From positions 3,658,001 to 3,722,000 of the forward strand of contig NC_047029.1 of the NCBI RefSeq assembly GCF_902652985.1: 64,000 nt of DNA, given 5' to 3'. Shown piece by piece: positions 1 to 13,900 of this stretch. The first letter of the stretch is position 1. Each line of letters starts with the position of its first letter. The notes beneath the pieces were generated by a model, which saw only the letters and a list, made by a program, of their open reading frames with translations, searched no databases and was not told where the DNA came from. The DNA is from Pecten maximus. Its lineage: Eukaryota. Both the position numbers and the translations under genes were made by a program.

Positions 1-3000
1 GAGATTCGGATCAGGATTAGAAGTCATTAAAATAACGATGCCTTCTGATTGGGCTTTTGCCGTGATCGGCATCTTAATTTCTATTTCTTTATTAGGCTGT
101 TGTTGGTCACTTGTTGTGATGTCAAGGATGTTTGTCATTACGACGGCCTTTCCGGATGTTCCTTCATCTTTTTCATCCTGCTCGTTTTCTTCGATAAAGT
201 CTGTTGTGTCCGCAAACTGTCACATATTGTAAAGAAATGTTATATATGACTAATAAGGTTATAAAACATCGGACATCGGACGTATATACGACATACTTTG
301 CGCTCAATGCACTGATGAAAAATTTATGGGGAAAAGTGAAACTTTATTATTTTGACCGTGTTAATTTTCGATATAAACCGAGGTTACATTTATAATAAAC
401 ACACAAAAAATAACTATGAATACCTTTACAAAAAGTTCACAAGATTCAAAAGCGTCAGCAGGGATGTCAATTTCTGCTTCCGGTTCGCTTTCGGGTTTCA
501 ATGAGACTGCCCGATTTGAAACCTGAAAAACTTCTGTTTTTTCCCTGCTTGCAATGGCGAAATAATTAATTCCATCGGGTTTGAGAGTAATGGACATCTT
601 TATAACTGTGCTCTAGAAACCATAAGAAAAATCTTTGAATGCATGGTCATGAGTGTTTCTTTTGTGCGATTTAACTAAAACAGAATCGGCCATTTCGATG
701 AGCATCTGCTTTTATTGTGACACAAAGAGGTAGCAGTTTCATTTCAAACGTGCATTAAGCGGTAAAGAAATAGAAAATTTAATGACTTAATCGTAATAAC
801 TAGAACAGTCTTCATGTTTCAGTTTCCAGAAATAGGTATACTTAAAGCATACATATCGTTAATTAAGAAAACATTCAGATTTCACTAAAAATTGGAGTGT
901 ATCCAAATAAATCCGTATATCATGATCATTAAGGTAATTGAGGAAAACGCAGTTTACACAAATGGATTTAATGACGGATAGAGAAACAAATGTCTTCAGG
1001 AATTATACGAATATGATCTTTGTTTATTTTTTGATTGTGTGTTTAACATCCTCGTAAAAGCCAGGATCATACAAGGACGGTATCAAGGAGAAACCTATAG
1101 AGTAAACCAAAGCACAAAATGCCAGAGCATTCAGGTAAAAACGAATATATCTAAGATCCAAATTTGGGGGCAGAAGACTAAATTTGGTCTCTTGAATGTG
1201 TCCTAAATATAAAAAAAAAACACGGGAGAAAAATCACGGTTCACGAGGAGGCATGTACTGGATTACAGCTGGTGTTATGATAGGGCTATGCTATTAACAA
1301 CCCCTGACCCAGCGGGGAGGGGGAGAGGGGGGACACACTCAACTCATGCGACAAGCAGTGAGATACAACAGGTATATTGTTTCCCCACTATTGCAAGGGT
1401 ATATGCGAATGATATAATAATCCTTTGATGAAATATACAAAACCCCGAAATAGACTGACTTCTATAAATAAGACAACCTCCTCTTACCTTAACGCCATCC
1501 TTGTTTCTGACGTCTACCTCGATAATGCTACCACCTTTTGTCGCTGGCCGTAAGACAACCTCCTCATTTTTCCGGAGCGGTCTGTCTACGGTTACTGTTA
1601 GTGTGATGGATTTAACCCGTGGTCCCCAGGTCTGACATTCCAGTGGATGTCCAAACACATTCTCATCAGGTTCCATTTGTAGCGGACTACCATACTCCTC
1701 TCTTTTTTGACACAGGTACAGGTAGTATCGTTCCTGACCATTTGGCACTGTGACATCCACTCCTGTGTTTTTTAGATGGACTACTGGCCCGTCCTCAGGT
1801 GTTATTCTTTTTATGTCAAATGTGATTCCTCTGCGTATGATCAAGCGAAAGCTTCAGATTATTGCATTGCATTGTTTCCCACGCTATTAATGGGAGCTTG
1901 CATTTACAGAAGCGCTGGTCTTATTGCTACGTATCGATATTGTATCGTATTGATACAAAAGATACACATATAAGTAGAACCTTCGACATGTATGTGATTT
2001 TAGTGATACAAACTCTCTCTGTTCAAAACTACAACAAAAATGTTCCGAAATGGAGAAAGATTTTAGGCATTTTCATGTATTGCATGATGTGATCTAGAAT
2101 TTTCAGTGCTTTAAACCACAACTTATAAAACAAAAAGTGTAGATTTCTATATTGTACGTTTTTAGTGTTGCAGGACAAACAGTCTTACTGTTAATTAATG
2201 TATCAGGTTTTATACTAGAGTTTTACAGAGCTGGTAAGATAGGGGACTACTAAGGATATTTCATTGAAACTTAAAGGTGGTTTGCTAGTTGATCAACAAA
2301 TATTTTCTCTTTCAAAAGTGCTTAACCAAACAAAAGAGTCTAATTACAAGTTACGATTACAAAAAGATGCGCAAATGATATACAATGTAAACCCACTTTC
2401 CTAAAATAAATCTAGTAGTTAATGCAGAACGTGTCAATTAAGGATCATATTATTGTACTAATATGACATCACACTCGACACTTATTTTTTAGGCCAGAAC
2501 TTTGACACAGAGTCAAAAAGAGCGCTAAGATATGTTACACCATAGATACTCTGATGTGTCCTCATGATTCATTTGTGGTATATCATATAGCGAATAGTAC
2601 ATTTAAATTAGATAATGTCAAAAAAAGAACCGAAGGAAACAAAGTGAAGGGAACAGTTATTTTTCTATGACTATGCTTTTTGCAGAAATTTTCTCATGAC
2701 TTTATCAACTGTCGATTCTTCTAGATCGTATTCAATTCAAGAAATATATTATCTAACAAGATCTTATCTCACCTATAGGTCCCCGTCGTCTTTCTAAAAG
2801 AAGACATCTCATAAAAAGACAAGGAATGCGTTCCCTAAGCTTAAAATGGTGTTAAACATTATAAATGCAATAGCGGTTAACGAACTGATAACTGATGAAT
2901 TCTTGGTTGCAAAACAAGACCTGGTGGCAGCTATGTTTGGTCTATTGAGATTGCAAAACTCTTTCAGAAATGTAGGAGAACTTGCCCTACACTTGATACA

Positions 3001-6000
3001 GTATAACCAGTATTTCATAGGTGATATGATATACAATCATACAATTCTGTATATATCTCCGTATAGTTTTATATAAAACGTATTCTGTGTAGTACATTAT
3101 CTAACTAGGTTGCACGTGCGGGTGTACATTACGTCACTGTATACAAGGATAATATATAACGTATAAAAGATGTTTTAATTCTTTCAAAGTCTTATCATAC
3201 TTATGTTTATAGCCTGGGAACAGTCTGCATTGCTTTTGTATTATCAACCCCATTTCATAGTCTTTCTTTCTTTTCAAGATCCCTGGCATGGTTAACCAAT
3301 CCTGTAAAATCATCAAAAACCATCAGTTAAAATGTGATTCAATTAGTAAAATATTATTAGACAACACTAGTTAAAAACATAGCTAATATAAATGTATATT
3401 TCTTTATAATTGTAACATGAAAACAGTTCAGCAGGCATACAGCTATTTGTTTATTTTTTTTAATGAGGCGTCGACAGTGAAGGTCATTTAAGTGATAAAC
3501 TTAGCATGAAAATATAGATGGTTAACAATTCAAAATAATTCTGAAAGTTTATTGGTTTTCTAAATAGTCATATCTGAACATGAATACCTATAGAAAATTA
3601 ATCAAATGAATTTTTAAAAATTAAAAATTTGTTTCAAATCTGCACTTTCAACCGTTGTGTCTGATTGATCGATAGGTTTATCGAAAATATATACAAAAAA
3701 AATGTTGTTTTTTTTCTCACGTCGAATGTGTGAGGCATACAGGTAATTGTGATTCAAGTTACCCAATCTTTAAGTAGCGGTTCTGTCCCAAACTGACACA
3801 GTAAGTCCACTATCTCCACGGCCTTGTTCTTAATGGCATACTCCAGAGCGTAAAAGTCTTTCTGTTATAAAAAAACAACCAGACTAACTCTTTGATTGGT
3901 TGATACATAATCCTAAACCATTAATGTTAAACCACTAGGATTTAAATAGATGCACAAGATGGCCTGCTGTATACATATCTGCTGGGCTTATGAACTTTTA
4001 TATTGAATAGACTGCATTGCAATATGACAGAAAAAGCGTATTCAACGAACCATTTTTACAAGGGAATCTTCTTACACATCAAACACAAGACATGTATAAA
4101 AGGTGTTACACTAAGCATCATTTAATTGATATGAAAAGTATCTCATAAAATATAAAATAATTATCTTGATACCCTTAACCATTATTCCGTTGAGGCCTAG
4201 AGAATTGTAGAGTATGTTTAACAAAATAACTTTTATTACTTACATCAGACTATTAGGCATGCACAAGACAACATCCTGTATGTTTTATATGAAAATCAAA
4301 TTGTACCTTATCGGGTGTATGTACATTGGCACCCCAAGCCACCAACGTCACTATGGATTGTACATGTCCGCACATGACAGCTTTATGAAGAGCCGTCAAG
4401 CCATCCTAGGACAATGAAATACATATGTTATCAAATTTAAAGTCAGACATAGTGTCTTTGATTGACGGATTTCTTTTGGATGTATTGTAGCTTGAAGGAA
4501 TAGTGTATAAGCGATCCCGGAAGGATCTTGGACCATTTATTGGCCCTCTTTGGGTATATATAAGAGTGATACTTACTTTGCTTTCATCAACTCCAGAAAA
4601 AGAGGAATCTACATATATAGTTTGAGAAAGATCCATCAAGAACGTTGTTACAAACAACAAATATTAAATGTCAACATTCAAAACGGCCACATGTCAGACC
4701 TCTGTTTTCCTGATCAATCTCAAAATTGAACCTACACAAGTAGGGATCAATGTAAATATCTTGCACATAAAATGTGAGAGAGATCTCCTTGGTATTTCTC
4801 CGAAAATAAAATGGATTGTTTAAGGACGAACTGCCGGACAGATGGAAGAGGACGAAAGAAAAATTTGAACAATTTAAATATAACTCGAATATGCTGCGAC
4901 CCGTCGTGCTTGCGCCCGACGACCAGACTAGAGTGAAATTATTCAAACATTCTGATCTGGTACGATGTGTGTATACACTATAGCTTGTACACACCTTAAA
5001 ACAGTCACAAACATGGGTTTGGTGTTCTTCTAAGTCAAGTTAGACTACACTATCATCTTCACATATTTTACAGATATAATAAACAAATTGTTTTGTGAAT
5101 GGTTATGGAAGAATTTCAACAGCAAAACTATTTCTGAAATGAATATATAACATTAACACTAAGGAATAAAGTCTGACTAAGAAGTTCAATATTTCGTGCG
5201 ATAGCTTAACATCATTTTACTTGAGAATATGCGACATTATAAATTGACAATTGAAAATTTAAGAATATTTCCGTCCCAAGTCAATAGTATTTGCTTCATC
5301 CACTTAATAAGTTTTGCATTCAAATCGTTATTCTTTACATCGCTCACCTTGTCTGCAGACACTAACTTAGCGTTTTTCTCCAGTAGCACTTCAATGACGT
5401 CATCTAACTCCTTAGTAGCGGCATGATGTAAAGGGGACGATCCCGTCTATTAAAAAAAATCCATTCAAATCGCAAAGCAAACCAATAAGATTTAATGGGA
5501 ATTGGACAATTTGTTGTCTTCTCTGACATTGCTGATGTAGAAATATATGATTAGTATGTTCATGTTATTCCTTTGGAAACCGCGGTAATATCTACGTGAT
5601 GAAACATCGAATGCTAACACGATTGTACACATCTAACCGACAGTACACACTGATATCTGAAGGAATTGCATGACTAAATATCATCCAAAAATCTGATGCA
5701 ATGCCATCACTATTTGCAGTCAGAACAACAAACTCTCTTAAGGAGTTACATTACGATTTCATAGTTCAAATGACTCTTTTAAATGTTCGCATTACTGGTC
5801 AAATTAATTTTCCAAAAAAGAAGCTCTCACAAACACCAGATAAATATTTGTTGTTTTGACAACAAAACCTCTGAAATTGATTGATTGATTGATGGGGCTT
5901 AACGTCCTTGTTCCGGTTATAACCGAGCCTAGGAAACTAAAACCTCTGAAAGATTTACTTTACTCTTTATAGCCCAAACAACAATAGCTCGTTCTATTCT

Positions 6001-7593
6001 AGATTTTTGACCTCAAGATAATATTTCTACAGCCGGTAGCATTAGCATCAATAGTCAGCTTTCTTTAATTCAATAGATAATTCTCCAATCTCCTACGTAC
6101 CTCGTCCTGATAATCTATATCAACCCCTTCCTTGATTAAACTCAGCGCTTCTTTTCTGCGTTTGTTTCGTATTGCAGCCAACAGCTGCACCTGGAAAACA
6201 ACAATGCTGTCAAGTGATGCCGGCAGAGCAGAAAATAAAACAACTTAACACAACAAACAAAAAGATGTTCAGAAACCAAACTTTAGACAGATTTACACGG
6301 AGAAAAGGCAATTGAAAATAGAACCAAGTGTAAATAAAACGTGGACGTATTCTGCTTTAGGACACTGTACATCTATCTTGTCATGACATATAAAGCAGAA
6401 CCGGGGTAGTATCCATGGAAACATCACTCGTATCAAGCAGCATAAAGAGCTGAATGTACGTATACTCTTGACTTCCTGGATGAATAAATAAAATATTTCT
6501 TGTTCGGTTATCAATGCTGTGGTGATCTTCCATCCGGAGTTGGACAGCGTCTAGTATCCCAATAACTTATTGTAGTAGTTTGGTTGTTGGCATAATAGCA
6601 TATAACGATATTCCTCGACAAGAATAGCAAGATATTGTCATATTGTCACAGTAATTTAACATCTCGATAAGTTGTGCTTTCATTTAAGTGAATATGAGTT
6701 TAAAGTCATATCAATAGGCTCTTAGTATGAATTGAATGTTGATATGTAAATATTACAAGATAAAGTCATAATTCAATAAGAAATATTAATCGTGTCGGCC
6801 CCTCCAGACACTTAACTTTCATATCATGACCTCAGATTCGAATAGTTTCCGGATGACTCTCCTCGACGATGTGAACAGGTAGCATGTGGCAAAACAACCA
6901 GACACAGTCCCCTTTGTGTATTTAATTGTAAATATTTACCATTGAATGGCACTGCCACTATATAACCCTACCAATTCAGTTGCGTGTTCACCAGCCTATG
7001 AACTGCCAACAGGAAGTGATCTCTGCTACTGGTAAGCGCGGGATATTTGAATTTGAAAATTTCAAAACAAAAATCGCATGACAAATAAAAAATCGCAGAT
7101 GGTAAATATAAGAATTGAACGGCTTTCAGTTGGCATTCATAGTCAATATGAATGCCAACTGAAAGCCGTTCAATGCTTAAATGTATCAGAAACCTAAAGA
7201 ACCCTTGAAGAAAGGTGCTATACTTTTTTTTGTTACTTGAAGCAATAGAATGTGAAATAGATATATTAGTTTTTACATCTACAATGGTATCAAACAAAAA
7301 TATCTGTTCAAACACATTCTTCGTGGTTATATAAAATGTATGTGAACAAGTTGTTTACTGACGTCCACAAAAATTGAAAGTAAACAAACTCATCAGCAAA
7401 GTTACTATTATATCACAGATTATCAGAGTACCAATATTGGTAAGGAATTATATAATTCTCTTATTCCCTGGTCGATCCTCTCAATGTCGTTCTCCTTTAC
7501 CACATCACACACACTAAAACAATAGGATAAAGCCTTGATTATATAAATTACCTTTCGTTTATGATCATCAACTGTTTCTTCCAGTTCCGACAT
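1..7593 (-). CDS. Paralog A: ankyrin-repeat/ZU5-ZU5 protein gene, 5' portion (coding exons 1-9; 3' end lies beyond window start)
   Basis: GT-AG-bounded exons: 7593-7552 (MSELEETVDDHKRK), 6190-6101 (VQLLAAIRNKRRKEALSLIKEGVDIDYQDE), 5446-5348 (TGSSPLHHAATKELDDVIEVLLEKNAKLVSADK), 4405-4307 (DGLTALHKAVMCGHVQSIVTLVAWGANVHTPDK), 3861-3763 (KDFYALEYAIKNKAVEIVDLLCQFGTEPLLKDW), 3301-3201, 1830-1488 (GITFDIKR...DGVK), 612-424 (STVIK...INYFAIASREK...FVK) and 216-<1 (FADTT...NPDPNL). Phases join in frame, the 99-bp exons match the 33-aa ankyrin consensus, and the exon structure matches paralogs B and C. Confidence 0.85.
5877..5938 (-). mobile_element. 62-bp 5'-truncated retroposon tail
   Basis: Ends in GGACGTTAA..(TCAA)n on the minus strand. 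Flanked by a 13-bp direct repeat AAAACCTCTGAAA (5864-5876, 5939-5951). Absent from the matching intron of paralog B (about 19843). Confidence 0.6.
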
Positions 7594-8169
7594 GATTGGG
7601 CATTGACTTCAAATATGGAGATATAGCTGTTTAAATCGACACACGTTCTGTCATAACATAGTGGGTTTTTTTTTCGCAGAACTATGAATTAAAAACCAGT
7701 CAGGCTAAACCCTGATAATGCGATCCGTTTGCCCGAGAGGATATATCAAGTTACGGTTCTAGTCATTCTATACAGTATACATGTGTACCTTATACTCCAT
7801 TCTCCACTGTGTATATTTTGTTTTGGTACGATGTAATGATTTTGTAATATACAATCCATGTGTTATGTGTATACGACTTAGAAGAGGCCATCGTCGTTCA
7901 AACCCGAGTTGTATAAAGTATACATGTCTATTGAAGCTGTAACATAAAAACTAAACCATATCAAACTAAATTTAATATTTATTGTATTTAAAACGGCCTT
8001 TGACTACCTCATTACACATAGTACGTAATGTCTATCGTTTACCATCAATGTATATTAGCATATTGCCATTAAATAATTCATATAGTCATTTAAGAAAAAT
8101 GAAAATATGTTATTTGATTTATTCGAGCTGCTTCTTGCTCATATTTTCAGAGTCAGAATTCTGAGTAAA

Positions 8170-9545
8170 TGCCTTGTCTAGATATGATGTTATGATTTAA
8201 CAGAGCTCGCCTTGTCTGCACAGAATGGAATAAGTTTACAAAGCTCGTCTCGTCTTGATAAGATTAAATGACTTTACATACCTTCCCTTATCTTAACTGT
8301 TGTGTTGAATTTACAGGGTTCGCCTTGTCTAGACAGGATATATTATACATATGTACTTGTCCACATAGGATATATTGACTTTTCTAGGCTGGGTATGATG
8401 GATTTACAGATATCAACCGTCCTGAACTAGATGTAATAAATCCAAAGGGATCGCATTGTCTAGACAGGATGTTATGAATTCAACTACGTCTCCTTGTCTG
8501 GGCAAGATGTTATGAGTTTTGCAGAGCTCGTCTTGTCTGGGCAAGATGTAATGGATTCAACTAGGTCGCCTTGTCTGGGCAAGATGTAATGAGTTTACAG
8601 AGCTCGCCTTGTCTGGGCAAGATGTAATGAGTTTACAGAGCTCGCCTTGTCTAGGCAAGATGTTATGAGTTTACAGAGCTCGCCTTGTCTAGGCAAGATG
8701 TAATGAGTTTACAGAGCTCGCCTTGTCTGGACAAGATGGGATAAGCTTACAGAACTCGCCTTGTCTGGGCAAGATGTAATGAATTCAACTAGGTCGCCTT
8801 GTCAGGGCAAGATGTAATGAGTTTACAGAGCTCGCCTTGTCTGGGCAAGATGTTATGAGTTTACAGTGTTCGCCTTGTCTGGACAAGATGGGATAAGTTT
8901 ACAGAACTTGCCTTCTCTGGACAGGATGTTATTAATTCAAAGAGCTCGCCTTGTCTTGACAGGTTGTAATGAATTCATAGAGCTCGCCTTGTCCGGACAT
9001 GATGTCATGAGTTTTAAAGAGCTTGCCTTGTCCGGACATGATGTCATGAGTTTTAAAGAGCTTGCCTTGTCTTGACAGCATGTAAATAATTCTTATAGTC
9101 ATTAAGAAAAATGAAAATATTTTATTTGTTTTAACTCGAACTGCTGCTTTCTAGATATCATATTTTCAGAGTCAGAGTAATGAGTTTACATAGCTCGTCT
9201 TGTCTGGTAATATGAAATGAGTCATCTGATATTGCCTTGTCTTGTGTGAGCAAGATGTAATGAGTTACAGAACTTGACTGGTCTTAACTGGATATAATGA
9301 AAAATATATCTTTTAAAAGATTTCCCCTAGTCTGGACTATATATTATGAGTTAATCGGATTTGCCTTGTCCGGACGTGATACAATAGGTTAACAGAGCTT
9401 GCCTTTTATGGACTTCATAGAGGAACATGTTTTGTCTGAACTGAATATAAGGAGTTAACAAACCTCCCCTTGTCGGGATGTCGGGACGGAATATAATGAG
9501 TCAAAAGAGGGGTTGCTTTTTACCAAACAGGTTGTAATGAGTTAC
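8170..9545. repeat. 39-bp minisatellite (GAGCTCGCCTTGTCTGGGCAAGATGTAATGAGTTTACA-like), homogeneous core about 8490-9075
   Basis: Directly visible tandem units with degenerate flanks; a homologous array lies upstream of paralog B's ATG. Confidence 0.9.
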
Positions 9546-10629
9546 TGATTTCTTACTTGGGTTAAGCTGAAATTCATTGACTCATTTTTAGCCTTTATAA
9601 ATTAGAAAATAAATGTAAACTAGTATTGTCATCGGATGGCTTTCTCATTTCCTTGCTCGCAAATCAGCGATGATTTCCGCTGTACCAAAACACTTCTTAT
9701 TCAGAAATAATAGGAAAAAAGTAATAAATGTTATCAATATACATAACTTCAGTGAGTTATGACTACATTAGAAATAATAACAATAGAAAAGTTTCTTTAG
9801 AGTTAGAAACTATTCATTTCAAAACTTAGTTAGCGAAATTGTAGAATATGTTATCTGGACAAGAAATCTTCCAAGAACAATTCAAAAATGATATGAAATC
9901 AATTTTATTTGTTCCATATTTGTCAATTATTAACTACACAAGCACACACAAGTAGAAGAAACGACAGCACAATTTAAAAGATTTTGACCCTTGGAAACTG
10001 ATGGGAATATTTTGTTATTGAAATGTTACCAATACAGTAAGATAATTACATTAATAATATAGGTACAGATAGCACAGAAACAGCACCAAAGGCCGCAATA
10101 CATGGCTTATGTTGTATATCCCCGTACTTGAAGATATATACTCGAAAATCAAAGAGCGAAGCATCTAAATTGAATTATCTTATTATGTAGTTACAAATGT
10201 AGTTCATTTACCTTCACTTGTATTGTCTTTATTAGAATTCAGTTTCGTTTCCATAATTGGTGTTACCGTTTCCTTGTTCTTTATTTATCTGTTGATTTTG
10301 AGACATTTTAGTTCATTTATTATACAATGTATGTAAACTATATCCTTCTTGTCCATTTCAATAAAGTATTATTTTACTTTGAAGACTGAAGTGGAATGAA
10401 TATGGGCATGCTCGATGTTTAATTTTCGACACTGATGTAGATATTTGAGGTATGTATTCATTATATGTATGTATATATAACAATGGTATGCTTTATTCTT
10501 CCTATGTCTCATTGACAAGGACGCCATTAACAAATACCTTTTAAGCGCATGACAATTAATCTATACAACATATTCACCTGTGCGATACACATCACCACAA
10601 TCAATATTACATGGTTGTAAACACACAAA

Positions 10630-10985
10630 ATGACACTAACGTTAACAGTCTACGGTAGTCTCATTGTAAGGCAGCCATCCGTGTCGCTATTATCGACGAG
10701 TTGGCCATTTTACTTCCTGGTTCTTTTTTCGGGTGAGTAAACTGTCAGAAAATATAAATCACGTCCAAATTTCAGTAGATTTACCCTTCCCTGGCCGTTT
10801 GTCTTACAACGATGACAGGCAGCCATCCGTGTCGTTATGATCGACTAGTTGGCCAATTTACTTCCTGGTTCTTTCCTTGGGTGATTTAACTGTCAGAAAA
10901 AATATATATCTCATCCAAATCTCAGTGGATGTACCCTTCCCCGGCCGTTTGTCTAACAACGATGACAGAATGTAGCCATTGAAAC
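10630..10985 (-). promoter_or_regulatory. Putative promoter of paralog A with a duplicated ~148-bp block
   Basis: Homologous to blocks at 26480-26645 and 53560-53720 upstream of B and C. Two units start at 10670 and 10818, each with ACTTCCTGG (ETS-type CCAGGAAGT on minus) at 10712 and 10860. Confidence 0.5.
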
Positions 10986-13900
10986 CCCACACTTTCAATT
11001 TACAACCGTTTGTGATTTATATTTGCAAGAACATGCGAATAACCGATTCTGACAGTCAAAAATCAGTGTGAAATTTTGCAAGAAATGTTATATCCCGACG
11101 AGCAAGTTTTCAGTGTTATGCTAACAGAATATGTTTGATCATCCATTAAATCCTAATATACTTCAGATTGATGAGGAGAGTGTTGTATTCCAGTTTGATT
11201 AAGGCGGAATAGGACACGCATTTGGGTGTTGTTCATGAATTGTCATTGATAAGGCATCGTATTGTGACCACCCCATACTTCAGCTGGACTATCACTTTCA
11301 GCGAGAAAATATGTTGTTTATTCATAACAAACATAGCAAGAATGTCTTATTTGTGTCTTTCATTATTGATGTCATTTGGCCGTATCTCAATTCGTCCTAG
11401 ACAGATGTTTTCGCAGCGTTTCAACCGGGAGATTTGAAAGAGTAGTTCTCATCGGTCTCTCTTGGGGTTGTGACTGTTGGGATATTCCTAGATCTGCATA
11501 TATAAAAAGTTATATATATTGATACAGTAATATATAAGTATGATGTCACATTATAGCATTTGTTCTTAGAAAATTACCTCGTAAATATGTATCAAGCCAA
11601 TTAATGAAGTTAAGCATCATGAAAATTTAAAAAAAAATAAAAACCTCTAATGCTTATATCTATGCGTTGTTCTAGTTCAGATATGATATATACCTTTGAT
11701 GATTTCAGAAAATTATATCAAAGTAGGAGCTAGAAAATAGTGAGAAGCTAATTAACGATTTTTTTTTCAAAATCTTCCCCATATACGCTGTTTCAATGAA
11801 AATCAGAAACAGAAAACCTAATCTAAAACCTGACTTTAACATAAATGGTCAGCACATTATATACAAATAGATATTTGGTTTTTTTTTCGAAATAACACCG
11901 CCTTCATATTATAGCTATCAGTGAAAAATGCATGCAGAAGCGAAAACGATGACGACATCTGTCTCCAGATGAATATCGTTGTCTAAATTACTTCCTATTT
12001 AAACTAATATGTGTACATAAAGCATTTAACCAATATGATGTAGGTAAGACAGGTTATTGTCTCTAATTGTGGTATTTAATCAATGAACTCTATTATGAGC
12101 TTATAGTTGATGCCAGAATTTAAAATGACCAACTAAAACGACGCTGCTATCGGTATACTTATATCCTTCAGGCCAGAGAGAAAGAGGTCGGAGTCAAAGA
12201 CCAATTGACGATTACAAATTAAACTGAAAATGTAAACTATCGGTCTTTGGACAGAACCCCATGGAAGAAAAATGGACAGCAAAAATATAATCCAGACAAA
12301 AAATAAGGAAGTGTATAAAGTATTAACATAGACAATTTAGACAGGTTAAAAAGTACAAAAGTTACCTTGGTTGGTAAGTGTTGCTTTGAATGCTATCGTA
12401 CTGAGTTTCTCCTCTCTTTTGTCTTCATACGGCTCCACGCTCATCTTTTTAGTACATAAGTTGTAACAGCAACACTTAGCCTCGACCACCGGTACCTGGT
12501 AATGCGCTACTGGATAAATGTCAACAGTCCCGGAAATATCCGAAGAAGTATAGCTGATCTCCAGTTCTCGTGAGCTCTCTTGTTTGTCATTAAATATCAG
12601 CTCGATGTTTTCCCCACTCTCCACTGTTATTTCCCCATTAATAACAATCTGAAACATGAGAAGGTTAAAAATAATATCTTCATAATATTGTGACCCAAAA
12701 ATCAAGACATTCGGCAACATCTGTGTTAAACTATGGATAAATACAACAATTACGAGATACGAAAATGTTTCATTTTTCTTACCCTAAACCGCTGTCCATT
12801 CTGAACCAGTGGCAAATCTGCTCCCAGACTAGAACAGTTGTAGCTCTTGTCATATTTCCCTTTCACGTTGTTTATTGTACGTTTTGTTCCGCATGTTATC
12901 GTCATATTTGTTTGTATTTCGTTCACTTCCGGTATTTTTACTGCGACTAAAAAGTTCACTAGTCGATTGTGCTGAGAGGCGTTCATTACTGCATTTGTCG
13001 CAGTGACGGGGCTGGCCTCTAATGATTTCTGGGCAACCGCTGCAAATCTTAAAATGAAACAAACGATGAATAAGAATAATGAGGTACATATGTTTCCTGC
13101 TGAATAAATTGCGTACCGTTGCGATTGAGATGCAACATTTCTATGAGGATTAACATCGTATTGGTAAAACATCCGGAGAAATAGACATGAAAACGGAATT
13201 CTTGGTATGATTAAATTGTAATTAATTAAAAGGCAAATTAAAACCAGGTATTTGGAAGATTAGTGTTTCCTGATTCAATAACGACAAGCCAACATGAAAA
13301 TCGCGGTTAATGATGTCTAAAATGACGTCACTAGTGCGCATAAACAATGCTAGAGATTTGCTGTAATAAGAATACTGTAATCTTGTCCTTGATTTCGCAT
13401 CTAGCAAAATGAACTCAATTTTTTTTAACTTGACAATTAAATGATGTTTGATTTAGGATCTGCTCTTCGGAGGTTTCAGTCAATAATGACAATTTCATAG
13501 CAATTTTGTATTTGAAAAAAACGTGTTCAAAATGTCAGACTTCTGATGTAAGTCGATTTGTTTTAAGAACAATTTCACTAAATGGTCCATTTGGCGGTTA
13601 TTTTGAAAATTTCTGTTTCTTTATTCTCATTCTTGACCGTTCTATGAAGTTCGAAACATTTTTTTTAATTCTATATATAGTAACAGTAACCTTGTTCTTT
13701 GACCTTTGACCGGTATTATTTTAGGTTTTTGTCAAAAATGAAAATGTTTCTAGAATTCATAAAATATTGATTTAAATGATTGCATTTAACTCACCTACAA
13801 AAATGGCTTATTTTAAACTCAACCTTGTCATTTTTAATTTCCGCTGGAATTTCCTCCCACTCCCACTTCAAGAGATTCGGATCAGGATTGGGTGTCTTTA

